Source of the DNA: Candidatus Altimarinota bacterium
GTDB lineage: Bacteria; Patescibacteriota; Gracilibacteria; CAIRYL01; GCA-016699755
DNA length: 64,000 bases
Assembly: GCA_963664295.1 (NCBI GenBank)
Contig: OY760935.1
Span: forward strand, 864,001-928,000
Reading direction: 5' to 3'
Position 1 is the first letter of the stretch. Every line of letters begins with the position of its first letter. The notes beneath the pieces were generated by a model that was not told where the DNA came from, did no database searches, and saw only the letters and a list, made by a program, of their open reading frames with translations. Shown here piece after piece: positions 1 to 10,200 of the stretch. The position numbers and the translations under genes were made by a program.

Positions 1-444
1 GCTTTGAAAGGTGTAAAAATTGGCTTCTTAAGCCTATTTCTTTATTTTGTTGTTTCCACTGTTTATGTGTATATCGCACCTGATCTTGCTACAGAAGGTG
101 GTGCTGAGGTTCAAAATGCAATAGAAACTTTGTTCTTGCCTGCTGGCGGAATTGTTGTTGCTTCCATTACTGCTTTTTTAATTAGCAATACCAGCGATAT
201 TTTTATTTACGACTTTTTGCACAAAAAAACAGGAGAAAAATTCCTTTGGATAAGAAATAATTTGTCTACTATTACATCACAATTTTTAGATACAATTATT
301 TTCACTTCAATAGCAGTATTTTTTGGATTTTTTGATATTCAGGCATTTTGGGAAATTGTCCTTTTTGCCTATGTGTTTAAGGTCTTGGTGGCTGTATTAG
401 ACACTCCGTTTTTATATTTATCAAAAATAATTATTAAAAAATGA
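1..444 (+). CDS. yhhQ: Queuosine precursor transporter (YhhQ/Vut_1 family), 5'-truncated by window edge
   Basis: Hydrophobic ORF with ASITAFLIS...D, LWIRNNLSTITSQFLDTIIF and KVLVAVLDTPFLY motifs; ends next to the tgt start (ATGA overlap). Confidence 0.85.
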   Translation, partial: ALKGVKIGFLSLFLYFVVSTVYVYIAPDLATEGGAEVQNAIETLFLPAGGIVVASITAFLISNTSDIFIYDFLHKKTGEKFLWIRNNLSTITSQFLDTIIFTSIAVFFGFFDIQAFWEIVLFAYVFKVLVAVLDTPFLYLSKIIIKK

Positions 445-1607
445 GTTTTTTTAAAATCGAAAAACAGGATAAAAAAACCAAAGCACGAGCAGGAGTAATC
501 AATACTCTGCATGGTGAATTAAAAACTCCCATGATTATGATTGTGGGAACAAAGGCTACAGTAAAAGGAATTACCACTGCCCAGCTTGATGAAATTGGTG
601 TTCCCGTTGTGTTGGCAAATACCTACCACCTCTATCTTAATCCTGGACAAAAAATCATCAAAAAGGCGGGTGGATTGCATGGTTTTATGAACTGGGATAA
701 GCCTATTTTTACTGACTCTGGTGGTTTTCAAATTTTTTCTATGGGTCATGGCACAGTGGCAGATGAGATAAAAGGGCGAGGCAATCGCCATAAACAAAAA
801 ACTCTCTTAAAATTAAGTGAAGAAGGTGCTGTGTTTAAATCATATCTAGACGGCTCAGAGCACTTATTAACCCCTGAAAAATCAATTCAAATTCAACACG
901 ATCTTGGCGCAGACATGATTGCTGTTCTTGATGAATGCACACCTTTTCATGTGAGTAAAAGATATACGGAAAAATCCATGAAAATGACTCATCGTTGGCT
1001 TCTGCGTTGTATCGACGAGCATAAAAAATTAAAATCAAAACAAGCTTTATATGGGATTATTCAAGGTGGTGTTTATCCTGATTTACGAAAAGCTTCGACT
1101 GAGTTTGTAGCCAAACAAGAGACTGCTGGCATTTGTATTGGTGGTTCTCTTGGAAAAAACAAAACCCAAATGAACGCAACTGTACAAATGACGACCGAAA
1201 TGATTGGCGCTAGCAAGCCTATTCATCTTTTAGGCATTGGTGGCGACTTAGAAGATCTTGTCTGGGGCGTAGAAGCTGGTATTGATACTTTTGATTGCGT
1301 TGCCCCAACTCGCAATGCTCGTCATGGCACTTTATTTTGTTCTGAGGCAAAAAATAAAAAATTACAAATTACAAATAGTCGCTTTCGCACAGATCTTTCA
1401 CCAATTGATAAAAATTGCTCTTGCTATGTTTGCAAAAACTTTAGCAGAGCTTATTTAAGCTATCTTTTGCGTGCCAATGAAATGCTAGGCACTCAACTTT
1501 GCACCTATCATAATATTCATTTTGTGGTTAATTTTATGAAAAAAATTCGCCAGGCAATATTGGAAGATAGGCTATATGAATTTAAAAAAGACTTCTTTTC
1601 CTATTGA
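441..1607 (+). CDS. tgt: tRNA-guanine transglycosylase (Chlamydia-like subtype)
   Basis: ANTYHL, TDSGGFQ, LDECTP, GIIQGG, HLLGIG, DTFDCVAPTR and CSCYVC...H zinc motifs. Confidence 0.97.
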   Translation: MSFFKIEKQDKKTKARAGVINTLHGELKTPMIMIVGTKATVKGITTAQLDEIGVPVVLANTYHLYLNPGQKIIKKAGGLHGFMNWDKPIFTDSGGFQIFSMGHGTVADEIKGRGNRHKQKTLLKLSEEGAVFKSYLDGSEHLLTPEKSIQIQHDLGADMIAVLDECTPFHVSKRYTEKSMKMTHRWLLRCIDEHKKLKSKQALYGIIQGGVYPDLRKASTEFVAKQETAGICIGGSLGKNKTQMNATVQMTTEMIGASKPIHLLGIGGDLEDLVWGVEAGIDTFDCVAPTRNARHGTLFCSEAKNKKLQITNSRFRTDLSPIDKNCSCYVCKNFSRAYLSYLLRANEMLGTQLCTYHNIHFVVNFMKKIRQAILEDRLYEFKKDFFSY

Positions 1608-1631
1608 CAAATATAATTTTATTTGTAAAAT
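1604..1631 (+). promoter_or_regulatory. Putative sigma70 promoter for 1653 ORF
   Basis: TTGACA(1604-1609)-16 nt-TAAAAT(1626-1631), 21 nt upstream of ATG. Confidence 0.5.
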
Positions 1632-1652
1632 TATATCCTATAATAAAAATAC

Positions 1653-2069
1653 ATGGACAATCTTGCTCATGCTAGTGATATCAATGGTGCCATTATAGAT
1701 ACCAATCCAATAACAACTAATTGGTTTAATGATTTAAATAAACTAGCAAATGACTTAAAAATTGGATTAAAAAAAATTAATTCAATAGAAAATGAACAAG
1801 TAAGAGAAGCTGTGCAAGAACAAATTGAGCGCTTTTTAAAAATCATTGATAACTACCCTGTGGTAATATTGGCTGACACTGTTAGTGGTCTAAAATATTC
1901 TAATCCTGCTTTATATGCAGAATTAACAAGATTAAAATCTATGATATTTGAAATTATTGGCCAACCAAATGTCGCATTTTTGCATGGAGAATTTATTGGC
2001 CAACTAAGAAGTTTTTTAAATGGCATTGATAAGGCAAAGGAAAAAATACCGTCAGCAATAGTTAATTAG
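1653..2069 (+). CDS. Hypothetical protein
   Basis: 138-aa ATG ORF filling the gap between tgt and the helicase, with upstream promoter-like motif; no recognised domain. Confidence 0.65.
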   Translation: MDNLAHASDINGAIIDTNPITTNWFNDLNKLANDLKIGLKKINSIENEQVREAVQEQIERFLKIIDNYPVVILADTVSGLKYSNPALYAELTRLKSMIFEIIGQPNVAFLHGEFIGQLRSFLNGIDKAKEKIPSAIVN

Positions 2070-2107
2070 TTATTTTAAAAAATAAAAATAAAAACTAAAC
2101 TGAGATT

Positions 2108-3991
2108 ATGAGTATAAAAATTACTGATAATCAAAAAAGAGCAATTTACCACACCCAAGGACCACTAATAATATCTGCAGGTCCAGGCAGTGGAAAAACT
2201 TTTGTTGTGGTTGAAAAAATTCTCTATTTAATAAATGAGAAAAAAACAAATCCTCAAAAAATATTAGCAACAAGCTTTACTAATAAATCAGCAGATGAAA
2301 TAAGGCAAAGGTTAAACATGAAAAACATGCCTTTAGTGAGCACTTTTCATAGTCTCGCTTTTAATATTTTAAAAAAAGAAAAAATAAACTTTAAAATTGC
2401 TAATAATAAAAAAATTCAGGCTATTTTTAAAAATATTCTTAAAAAATTTCCTGAAATAAAAATAAATCAGGCAAAATTAATAATCAACAACTACAAAGCC
2501 GGTGAAAAAACACTAAAGAACCAAGAAAAAAGGCTATATCAACTTTATCAAAATGCCTTAAGCGAAAATGGTTTACTTGATTTTGATGATTTAATTTTAA
2601 ATTGTTTGGATTTATTTCAAAAAAATCCTGAAATTTTAGAAAAATGGCAAAATAATTTTGAATATATTATTTGCGACGAATTTCAAGATGCAAACAAAAC
2701 CCAAGCTAATTTAATAAATTTATTAGCAAAAAAACATAAAAATATTTGTGTTGTTGGTGATGTTAATCAAGCTATTTATAGTTTTCGTGGTACAAGCCCA
2801 AAAAATCTTTTATTTTTTAAAGAAAAATATCCACAAACAGAAATCGTGGATTTAAATGAAAATTTTCGTTCCACAAAAAACATAGTGCAAACTACAAACT
2901 ACCTAATAGGTCATAATCAAGAAAAATTAAGCAAAAAAATAAGCACCAATAACCCAGAAGGAGAGAAAATAGAAGCAATAAAAACGCATACTAGCTGGCA
3001 AGAAGCTGATTTTATTGCTGAGAAAATTGAAGAAATTATTGGTGGCACTTCAAGCGCAACAATCCATACACAGGATATTGGCAGAGAAAAAATAAAGTTT
3101 AATTTTGATGATATTGCGATTATTTTTCGCACCAATTCTTTGGGCAAATTTTTGGAAACTGCTTTATTGAAAAAGAATATTCCCTGCAATCTCGTTGGTG
3201 CGGATAATTTTTTTGAAAAACCTGAAATAAATCAAATAATTGCACTATTGTCTACTTTTGATGAAGAAGATAATCAGGAGGCATGGGAAATAGTGCTTAA
3301 AAATTTTGTTAAAAATTTAGATAAAAAAATATTATTAAATATAATAAATAGCCCACTTCCTTTGATTACATTGGAAAAAACTGCAGAAACAGAGATAAAA
3401 GTTGCTGAATTTTTAAAAAAATATAAAAAAATAGATTTAAATCTTAATTTAAGAGAACAAATAAAAAATATTTATGAAATATTTAATTTAAAAGAAAAAT
3501 ATCTTGATGGCACAGAAAAAAACGCCAAAAAATATAATAATTTAAGACAATTACTTAATATTACGATTTCTTATGAAAATTTAGAAGCAAAAACAGCAAG
3601 ACAAGAGCTAATTAAAAACGCTCAAATCTCTACCAAAGAGGACTTATATGAAATTAAAGAAAAATCAGTCACCCTACTTACTGCTCATTCTGCAAAAGGG
3701 CTTGAATTTCCGATCGTTTTTGTGGTGGGCGCAGAAGAAGATTTATTTCCCTGCTTAAAAAACAATGAAAATAATCTAGAAGAAGAACGAAGAATTTTTT
3801 ATGTTGCAATCAGTCGAGCAAAAGAAAAGCTATATATTACCTACACAGATAAGCGACAATTATTTGGCAAAGATTTTTATCCATTAACTTCAAGATTTTT
3901 AAAAGAATTACCTGCAGAAAATATTGAAAACAAAGAGCTAATAAAGAAAAAACGCAAACACGAAGATCAAGCAAGCTTGTTTAATTTCTAA
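2108..3991 (+). CDS. UvrD/PcrA/Rep family SF1 DNA helicase
   Basis: AGPGSGKT Walker A, SFTNKSA, STFHS, DEFQD, VGDVNQAIYSFRG, NFRST, LTAHSAKGLEF, EEERRIFYVAISRAK. Confidence 0.95.
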   Translation: MSIKITDNQKRAIYHTQGPLIISAGPGSGKTFVVVEKILYLINEKKTNPQKILATSFTNKSADEIRQRLNMKNMPLVSTFHSLAFNILKKEKINFKIANNKKIQAIFKNILKKFPEIKINQAKLIINNYKAGEKTLKNQEKRLYQLYQNALSENGLLDFDDLILNCLDLFQKNPEILEKWQNNFEYIICDEFQDANKTQANLINLLAKKHKNICVVGDVNQAIYSFRGTSPKNLLFFKEKYPQTEIVDLNENFRSTKNIVQTTNYLIGHNQEKLSKKISTNNPEGEKIEAIKTHTSWQEADFIAEKIEEIIGGTSSATIHTQDIGREKIKFNFDDIAIIFRTNSLGKFLETALLKKNIPCNLVGADNFFEKPEINQIIALLSTFDEEDNQEAWEIVLKNFVKNLDKKILLNIINSPLPLITLEKTAETEIKVAEFLKKYKKIDLNLNLREQIKNIYEIFNLKEKYLDGTEKNAKKYNNLRQLLNITISYENLEAKTARQELIKNAQISTKEDLYEIKEKSVTLLTAHSAKGLEFPIVFVVGAEEDLFPCLKNNENNLEEERRIFYVAISRAKEKLYITYTDKRQLFGKDFYPLTSRFLKELPAENIENKELIKKKRKHEDQASLFNF

Positions 3992-4103
3992 GCTAAAAGC
4001 AATTTTTTGCTCAACATATTTTAAAAAAAATACAATAGCAAATACTTGCAAAAATTCATAAATTGTTGTTTTATATATGCCTTTTTCAATTTTTAAAAAA
4101 ATA

Positions 4104-5336
4104 ATGAAATCTTTAAAGCTATCAATTAGTTATTTTGCCCTGCTTGCAATCTGCCTGCTTGCATTAGTAGGAGTAGCAAAAGCTGATGATTCAGTTGATC
4201 TAAGTATCACAAAAACAATCAACAACTCAAATTCTTTCACTGCTCGTCAGGGAGAAATTGTTGAGATTGAGCTTACTTGTGCCAACAATGGCCCAAGCAC
4301 AGCAACAAGTATTACTGTTTCTGATAATTACAGTAATCGCTACAAAATTAAAAATGTGTCTAATCTGCCTGATGAATGTGAAGACACAGGTAAAACTGTT
4401 GAATGTAAGATTGATGAAATCGCAAGCGGAGATGATCTCACTTTAACTTATTCCGCAGAAGTAAGCATCACAGCTTCTTCTGGTAATAGTGAAAATTTCG
4501 CTAATATTTCTTCACCTTTAAATGATATCAATATTGACAACAATAGTGATTCAGCAATTTTGAGAGTTATTCAAAGCAGAGCTGTTAATCTAAGAATTGT
4601 TGACAATGTACAACTAAGCCTAACAAAAATGGCAGTAGGAACAAGTGGACAATGGGAAGAAGGAGACACTGCAGAAACTGCAATAGCTATTAGCTCAGAC
4701 GACACACAAGAAGTAGTATATCAAACACTTGTTTACAACGATGGCAGTCAAACAGCTTATAATGTTGAAATTAGTGATGTTTTTGCAGGTAAAAATGTAG
4801 AAATGACTAAGATTAACGATATTAGTGGTGCAACTTGGGATAGCAAAAAAGATGTTTTTGTTATTGAGCGCATAGAAGCAAAAGAAATAGTCGCAATTGT
4901 TTATAGCGCTACTCTACAACGCACAGGCAAAGGCAAAATGGAAGCTGTTAATGTTGCCACTGTTGAAAATGCAGAATACAAAAAAGGTCTTATGACAGAT
5001 CCTGCAAGAGTAAATATTGAGGGCATTGGCTCTACTGACCCTGCCTTTGTTGTTGGCGAAGCCAAAAAAGATGAAGAACCAAAAAAAGTTGTCACAACAA
5101 AAGCACCAACAACAAAAGTAGAAGTAAAAAATAACGCTGTATTAGTGGAAACAGATGATGTAATTGTAAGAGCAGATGACAATAGAGTAAGCGTTTCAGC
5201 AGAAACAGTTAGAGTAAATACTGCCACTGAAACACCTGATGAATTACCAGAAACAGGAAGTAATATGTTGCTAATTTTAATCGCATCATTGCTTGCAGGT
5301 TTTGGTATTCGCAAATTTGCCACCAGAAAAGCATAA
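4104..5336 (+). CDS. Secreted DUF11-repeat surface protein with LPXTG sorting signal
   Basis: Signal peptide (MKSLK...AKA), DUF11-like segments (DLSITKT...NNGPSTATSITVSD; YNDGSQTAYNVEISD), C-terminal LPETG + hydrophobic helix + RKFATRKA; start placed at the second ATG (4077 also possible). Confidence 0.8.
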   Translation: MKSLKLSISYFALLAICLLALVGVAKADDSVDLSITKTINNSNSFTARQGEIVEIELTCANNGPSTATSITVSDNYSNRYKIKNVSNLPDECEDTGKTVECKIDEIASGDDLTLTYSAEVSITASSGNSENFANISSPLNDINIDNNSDSAILRVIQSRAVNLRIVDNVQLSLTKMAVGTSGQWEEGDTAETAIAISSDDTQEVVYQTLVYNDGSQTAYNVEISDVFAGKNVEMTKINDISGATWDSKKDVFVIERIEAKEIVAIVYSATLQRTGKGKMEAVNVATVENAEYKKGLMTDPARVNIEGIGSTDPAFVVGEAKKDEEPKKVVTTKAPTTKVEVKNNAVLVETDDVIVRADDNRVSVSAETVRVNTATETPDELPETGSNMLLILIASLLAGFGIRKFATRKA

Positions 5337-5369
5337 AAATAGCTCGTAAGGATTCATTTTAATAACAAG

Positions 5370-5403
5370 AAAAGCATTAGCCTAATGGGTTGGTGCTTTT
5401 TTT
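5370..5403 (+). terminator. Rho-independent terminator
   Basis: AAAAGCATTAGCCT-AAT-GGGTTGGTGCTTTT hairpin (G-U pairs) followed by T tract downstream of the LPXTG gene. Confidence 0.65.
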
Positions 5404-5461
5404 GTGTAATTTTTTTAAATAAAAAAGTGCTAAAATAAGCTCATAAATATTAATTATATAA

Positions 5462-6202
5462 ATGAAAATATCTGTTTTGTGTGAAAATTCTGTTAGCGAT
5501 ATTGGCTTTCTTGGCGAATGGGGTTTGTCGCTATTTATCTCTGTTGGTGGCAAGAATATTCTTTTTGATACTGGCTATTCTGATGTTTTTGTACACAATG
5601 CAAAAGAGATGAAGGTTAATTTGGAAAAAACTGATTTTATTGTGCTTTCGCATTATCACAATGATCACACAAGGGGCTTGAGTTTTTACAAATTTGCAGA
5701 AAAAAAAGATATTATTTTTCATCCTGATTTAATTGGTAAATTGCCCAAAAAAGAAGCTAGAAATATTGAAAATAATTTTAATGTAATTAAATCAAAAGAA
5801 CCTTTGGAGTTTATTGAAAATGTTTTTTATTTAAGTGAAATACCTCGCAAAAACAATTTTGAAAAAGGTGTTTATAAAACCGATCCAATGAAAGAAGATT
5901 CAGCAATTGCAATCAAAACAAAAAAAGGTGCTGTGGTGATTAGTGGTTGTTCTCATGCGGGAATTTGCAATATTTGTGAATATGCTAAAAAAATCACAGG
6001 ACAAAGCCTATATGCTGTGATTGGTGGTTTTCATTTGTCTGAAAACAATGATGGGCTTATGCAAAAAACAATAGCTTATTTTAAACAAGAAAATCCTGAA
6101 CTTCTTTTTCCTATGCATTGCGTGGAGTTTCCTGCTTTGTGTGCTTTTTATTCTGCTTTTAATATTCAAAAACTTTCTGCAGGTGATTTTATTGAGATGT
6201 AA
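5462..6202 (+). CDS. MBL-fold metallo-hydrolase (COG1237-like)
   Basis: GEWGLS, LFDTG, SHYHNDH, SGCSHAG, GGFHL, PMHC motifs. Confidence 0.9.
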   Translation: MKISVLCENSVSDIGFLGEWGLSLFISVGGKNILFDTGYSDVFVHNAKEMKVNLEKTDFIVLSHYHNDHTRGLSFYKFAEKKDIIFHPDLIGKLPKKEARNIENNFNVIKSKEPLEFIENVFYLSEIPRKNNFEKGVYKTDPMKEDSAIAIKTKKGAVVISGCSHAGICNICEYAKKITGQSLYAVIGGFHLSENNDGLMQKTIAYFKQENPELLFPMHCVEFPALCAFYSAFNIQKLSAGDFIEM

Positions 6203-6214
6203 ATTATGAAAATA

Positions 6215-6889
6215 TTAAAAACATAAAAAATTACAAACAATTAATTTCGCCTTTTCAAAAAAATTGAAAAAAGATTCGCCATTATTAAGTGCAAAATAAA
6301 AAAATAATAAATTAAATACTGTTCCCAAGATATGTAGTGTAATATTTTTAATTTTATTTATTTTTGTTTCCTTTTTTAAGGGAAATAAAAAAACATATTC
6401 TAAAATTTTCATAACAGAATGTATGTCTGTAAACTTTAAAAAACTTAAAAAATTTACATTAGCAATTAATCTGCCAAAAAAAACATATATAAATGCTACC
6501 CAAAAATTAATTTCTAAAACCTGATTGAATAATAAAATAATAAACAAAAGAAAAACTACAAGAGATATTCTTTTAAGCTCTGTTATGTCTTTACTTATTT
6601 TTTCTTGATCTACTTCTGTTTTTTTATCGTAAAAAACAGACAACCTTAAATTTCCTAAATTTAGGATAACCTCTATCACCAAGGGTATTGCAAAAGAAGA
6701 TGTTGTTAATAAAATTGCAACTAAAAAATATGGTGGCAAAGTTATGGCAACATCAGTAATACTTAAAGTTATAACTGAAACAAGGACTGTAATAAATATT
6801 GTATTGCAAATTAAAATTAAACTATTTTTATGTTGCTCATATTCATAATTAATTTTTTCTTTTTTTTCTGTCTGACTTAAATCACTCAT
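6215..6889 (-). CDS. Hypothetical integral membrane protein
   Basis: 224-aa ORF with about 5 hydrophobic segments; no recognised motif. Confidence 0.6.
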   Translation of the reverse strand: MSDLSQTEKKEKINYEYEQHKNSLILICNTIFITVLVSVITLSITDVAITLPPYFLVAILLTTSSFAIPLVIEVILNLGNLRLSVFYDKKTEVDQEKISKDITELKRISLVVFLLFIILLFNQVLEINFWVAFIYVFFGRLIANVNFLSFLKFTDIHSVMKILEYVFLFPLKKETKINKIKNITLHILGTVFNLLFFYFALNNGESFFNFFEKAKLIVCNFLCF

Positions 6890-7092
6890 TCAATATGATA
6901 AAATTTATTTAACTAAAAATTTATCTATTTTAATTATAGATCGTATGATTATAAGGCGCAAATTCATTTCGAACTAACTTAAAATTTTTCTGCTTTATAA
7001 AACTAGTTAAAACTCTTCGGGCACAATTAAAAAATATACAATAAGCAACCTGAGCATTGTAAACAACTACACACTCATCACAATAACAAAAA

Positions 7093-7147
7093 TTAAACAA
7101 AAGGATTATAAGCCCACTGTAACAAGGCTTGTCTTTGTTTTTTGCGA
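7093..7147. repeat. 55-bp direct repeat, copy 1 (displaced 3' end of the 14002-14562 gene; att-like)
   Basis: TTAAACAAAAGGATTATAAGCCCACTGTAACAAGGCTTGTCTTTGTTTTTTGCGA, identical to 14002-14056. Confidence 0.95.
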
Positions 7148-7226
7148 TATAAGTATAAAAATATTTACGCACTTAATGTTGTGCACACTTCTTTTAATTT
7201 TTTAAGAATATTTTTTGGAGGATAAA

Positions 7227-10200
7227 TTAAACCACTAAGTCCAACACAGTAGCACATCTATCTACTTCACGAGTTGACATAATAAAGTCTATTATTTCAT
7301 CAGATTCCCCTGATTGCGACTGGCTAAATTTTAAACGAGCAATATTAGCAGCTTTTACAAATATTAAAATAGATAATAAGGCTGTCTCTGCTTTATTAAA
7401 AACGCTCAAATCTCCCTGAATTTCTTGTGTTTTTATTAATTTTGCTTCTTGTTGGTTGATTACAACATTCCATAAATCTTGGAATTCGCTTTGCGTTAAA
7501 TCTCTCAAAACATCAACATTACGATAAACCATCATAGCCTCTTCCGATGAATATAAATTACCTTCTCCCCCCCGATTGCCATCAATTGCTCCTATGACTT
7601 CCATTTTTAAAATTTCCTTTTCCTCCTGTGTTTCTGGCTTAGAAAGCATAATTAACTCAAGAATAGATTTAGCAATCATTTCTGCTTTACCAACATTACT
7701 TCCAACATTATTTAGACCCTCAAGATGAAGGATATCTTTTGCAATATCACGAACAGTTAGATTGCGATCATCTTTTTGCCTGCTTAAGTCCGCCATTGAC
7801 ATTTTTGCTGGTGGATAATCCACTGTCACATAATCCACTCTTCCTTTTGCATCAGGTGATAGCTGTCTAACGCCTTTATAACCTTTGCGCGCATTCATCG
7901 ACCCTGTGATTATTACACTTGGGTCTGCTTTTATTGTTTTTCCATCAGATGTAGTAATTGTGCGCCTGTGTGAAAGTAATGCATTAAAAAACTTCACCAT
8001 ATCTTCAGAAAGAGTGTTGTATTCATTAAAATACAAACATGCTCCTGGAGTCTCTAAAGCTTGGACAACTGCTGACGGAACTTTGATTGTTTTTCCGTCA
8101 AACTCAAAACTATAAGTTGCGTCACTAATTTCTGTCCATTTACTACAGTCAAAAGCAAAAAGTTCCCTATTTGTTTCTGCTAATAAAATATCAAGCAAAA
8201 AATCTTTTCCCGTTCCTGTGTCTCCTTCAAAAATTAACATACCTTTACCTGATTTTAATTGCATTTTCAAAAAAAGAGCTGCTTTTTTTAAATCATCTTT
8301 CACCCTATCTGTATAAACATAGTGCTCATTTAAAGTCGGCACATTTCTTTCTCTGTGACCATTAAATACTCCTAATTTTTTATAAACACTAGCAAGATAA
8401 ATTGCCTTTTTTTCTATGTCTGAAATTTTACTATCTTCTTCTTGCAACTCTTTTCTTAGGGCAATTAGTTCTTTTGGTGTTTTTTGTAGATATTTTTTAT
8501 ATGCTACTAATAATTTTGAATAATTTTCTTGGCTAACTTGATAAGCAAAATCTGACTCTAAAATATGCCTATCGCTAGGCGTAATTTTTCTTTTACCATT
8601 ATCCCTAAAAGAAAGAAAAACTTGGTCTCCTTGAATTTCTGGCTCTAGTTTCCAATTTACCCTTCTTGTTTTTACTCTAGCGTCTTCAAAATATAAATCA
8701 GGATCATTTTGCAAAAAAGAAAGCTCTCCTTTGAACTTAAGAAATTCTTGATTGACCTCTCTTTTGCGAGCTCTGATTCTATCCTTAAGATAAAGTTTTT
8801 TTCGCTCTTGCGCTCTTGGTGGCAATGCTTCAATGTCTGCAATTATTCTTTGATATGATTTTTTTCTTGAAAGCACACGCTCTTCCAAATTTTGAACTGA
8901 CTCAATCCCAGTAAGCATAAAATCAATTGCATCATTAATCTGTTGCATTCTTTTTTCCAGCTCTTGTCTTGCTTGAACTTTTTTTTGTGCTTCTTTTTGA
9001 CTAATTACACCTGCTCTTGATTTTAATGCTGACACAATATCAGCACGAATGTGAGCCTCTGATAACTCATGGTCTCTCGGAATTCTTCTGGCAACTGAGT
9101 CGCTTTTCAAAAGCTCTAAAAGGCCGTTATAATCTGGATCTTCCTCTTGAAAAGCTTGCAAATCTTCTGAAGTTTCAATAGTGCGAATTTTTGCCAAAAT
9201 TTTACCTTTTCTCTCTCCCAGGTCTTCAAAAAGTTGTTCATTGTCGACTTTTAAATAATCCTTCATTTTTTTGGCCAGCTTATCTTGCAACTTTCCTATT
9301 TCTTTATCTTTTTTAGGTTTTCTTTTGTCTAGTGAAACTTTTTTTAGTGTTTCAGCCATTTGAGTCAATTCACTTTGTGCGCTTGTTATTCCATCTAAAT
9401 TGCTAATATTGTCTAATTGTCCACGAATATCATCAACATTTTCGTATATTTTTGCGACTTGTATATCTTCTTCTTTTGATGCTATTGCTTGTGTTGCGAG
9501 CCCCACTAACTCATTTGCCAACTTAGTGCCCACCTTACTAACCATAGCAAGCCTTTCTTGCTCTAAGGCCATTCTTAGTTCTTGAATGTCTTCAGTAGAA
9601 GCAGCTTTATTGATTTGTTTTTGAAGTTTTTTAAGTATTTTTTGTTGAATTTTTTGGTTTTGTGGATCTAATTGGTCTAATTCTTCTGGACTTTGATCTC
9701 CGCCTTGCAATGTTGACTCTTGGCCAAATAAAGAGGCTACTTTTTTAGCTTCTTCCATTGAGGCTATTTTTGCTTTTGTTGCTTGTATTACTTTTTTTCT
9801 TTGTTCTCCACTGTCGCAAAAAATTTTGATCCTAGCCAATTTTGGATATTCATCATGTTGTGGAGTATAAGAAACCTGCAAGGTATCACTATTAATAAAC
9901 TTAAGATCGCACTCTTTCATATGTTGCCTTTCGCCCTCTTTCCAAGGCTCAAAATTTGGCATATCAACATTGCCTTTAATAAAAAGTCGTTTTTGACCAG
10001 AAGCTTCTTCTGTGAGAATTACTGTACGATTAACAGATAAAATTTTTTCACCACCAGACATGCCAAAATTGCATGGGCGAAGTCCATCATAAGGATTATC
10101 AAAATCAAAACGCATCCATGTGCCATCATTTTTAATAAGAAATATATTATTACGATTAAAGACATAAAGACTCTCTGGCTTATAATCATCCAAAGGAAAG

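Noticed and set aside
7093-7147. 55-bp repeat as a CRISPR repeat/spacer, tRNA fragment or DGR template
   Set aside because: Only two copies 6.9 kb apart, no array or cas genes, no cloverleaf, no adenine-specific mismatches and no reverse transcriptase
6930-7172. 80-aa minus-strand ORF across the left repeat
   Set aside because: GTG start, crosses the repeat out of frame with the source gene, no motif; probably spurious or a junction by-product
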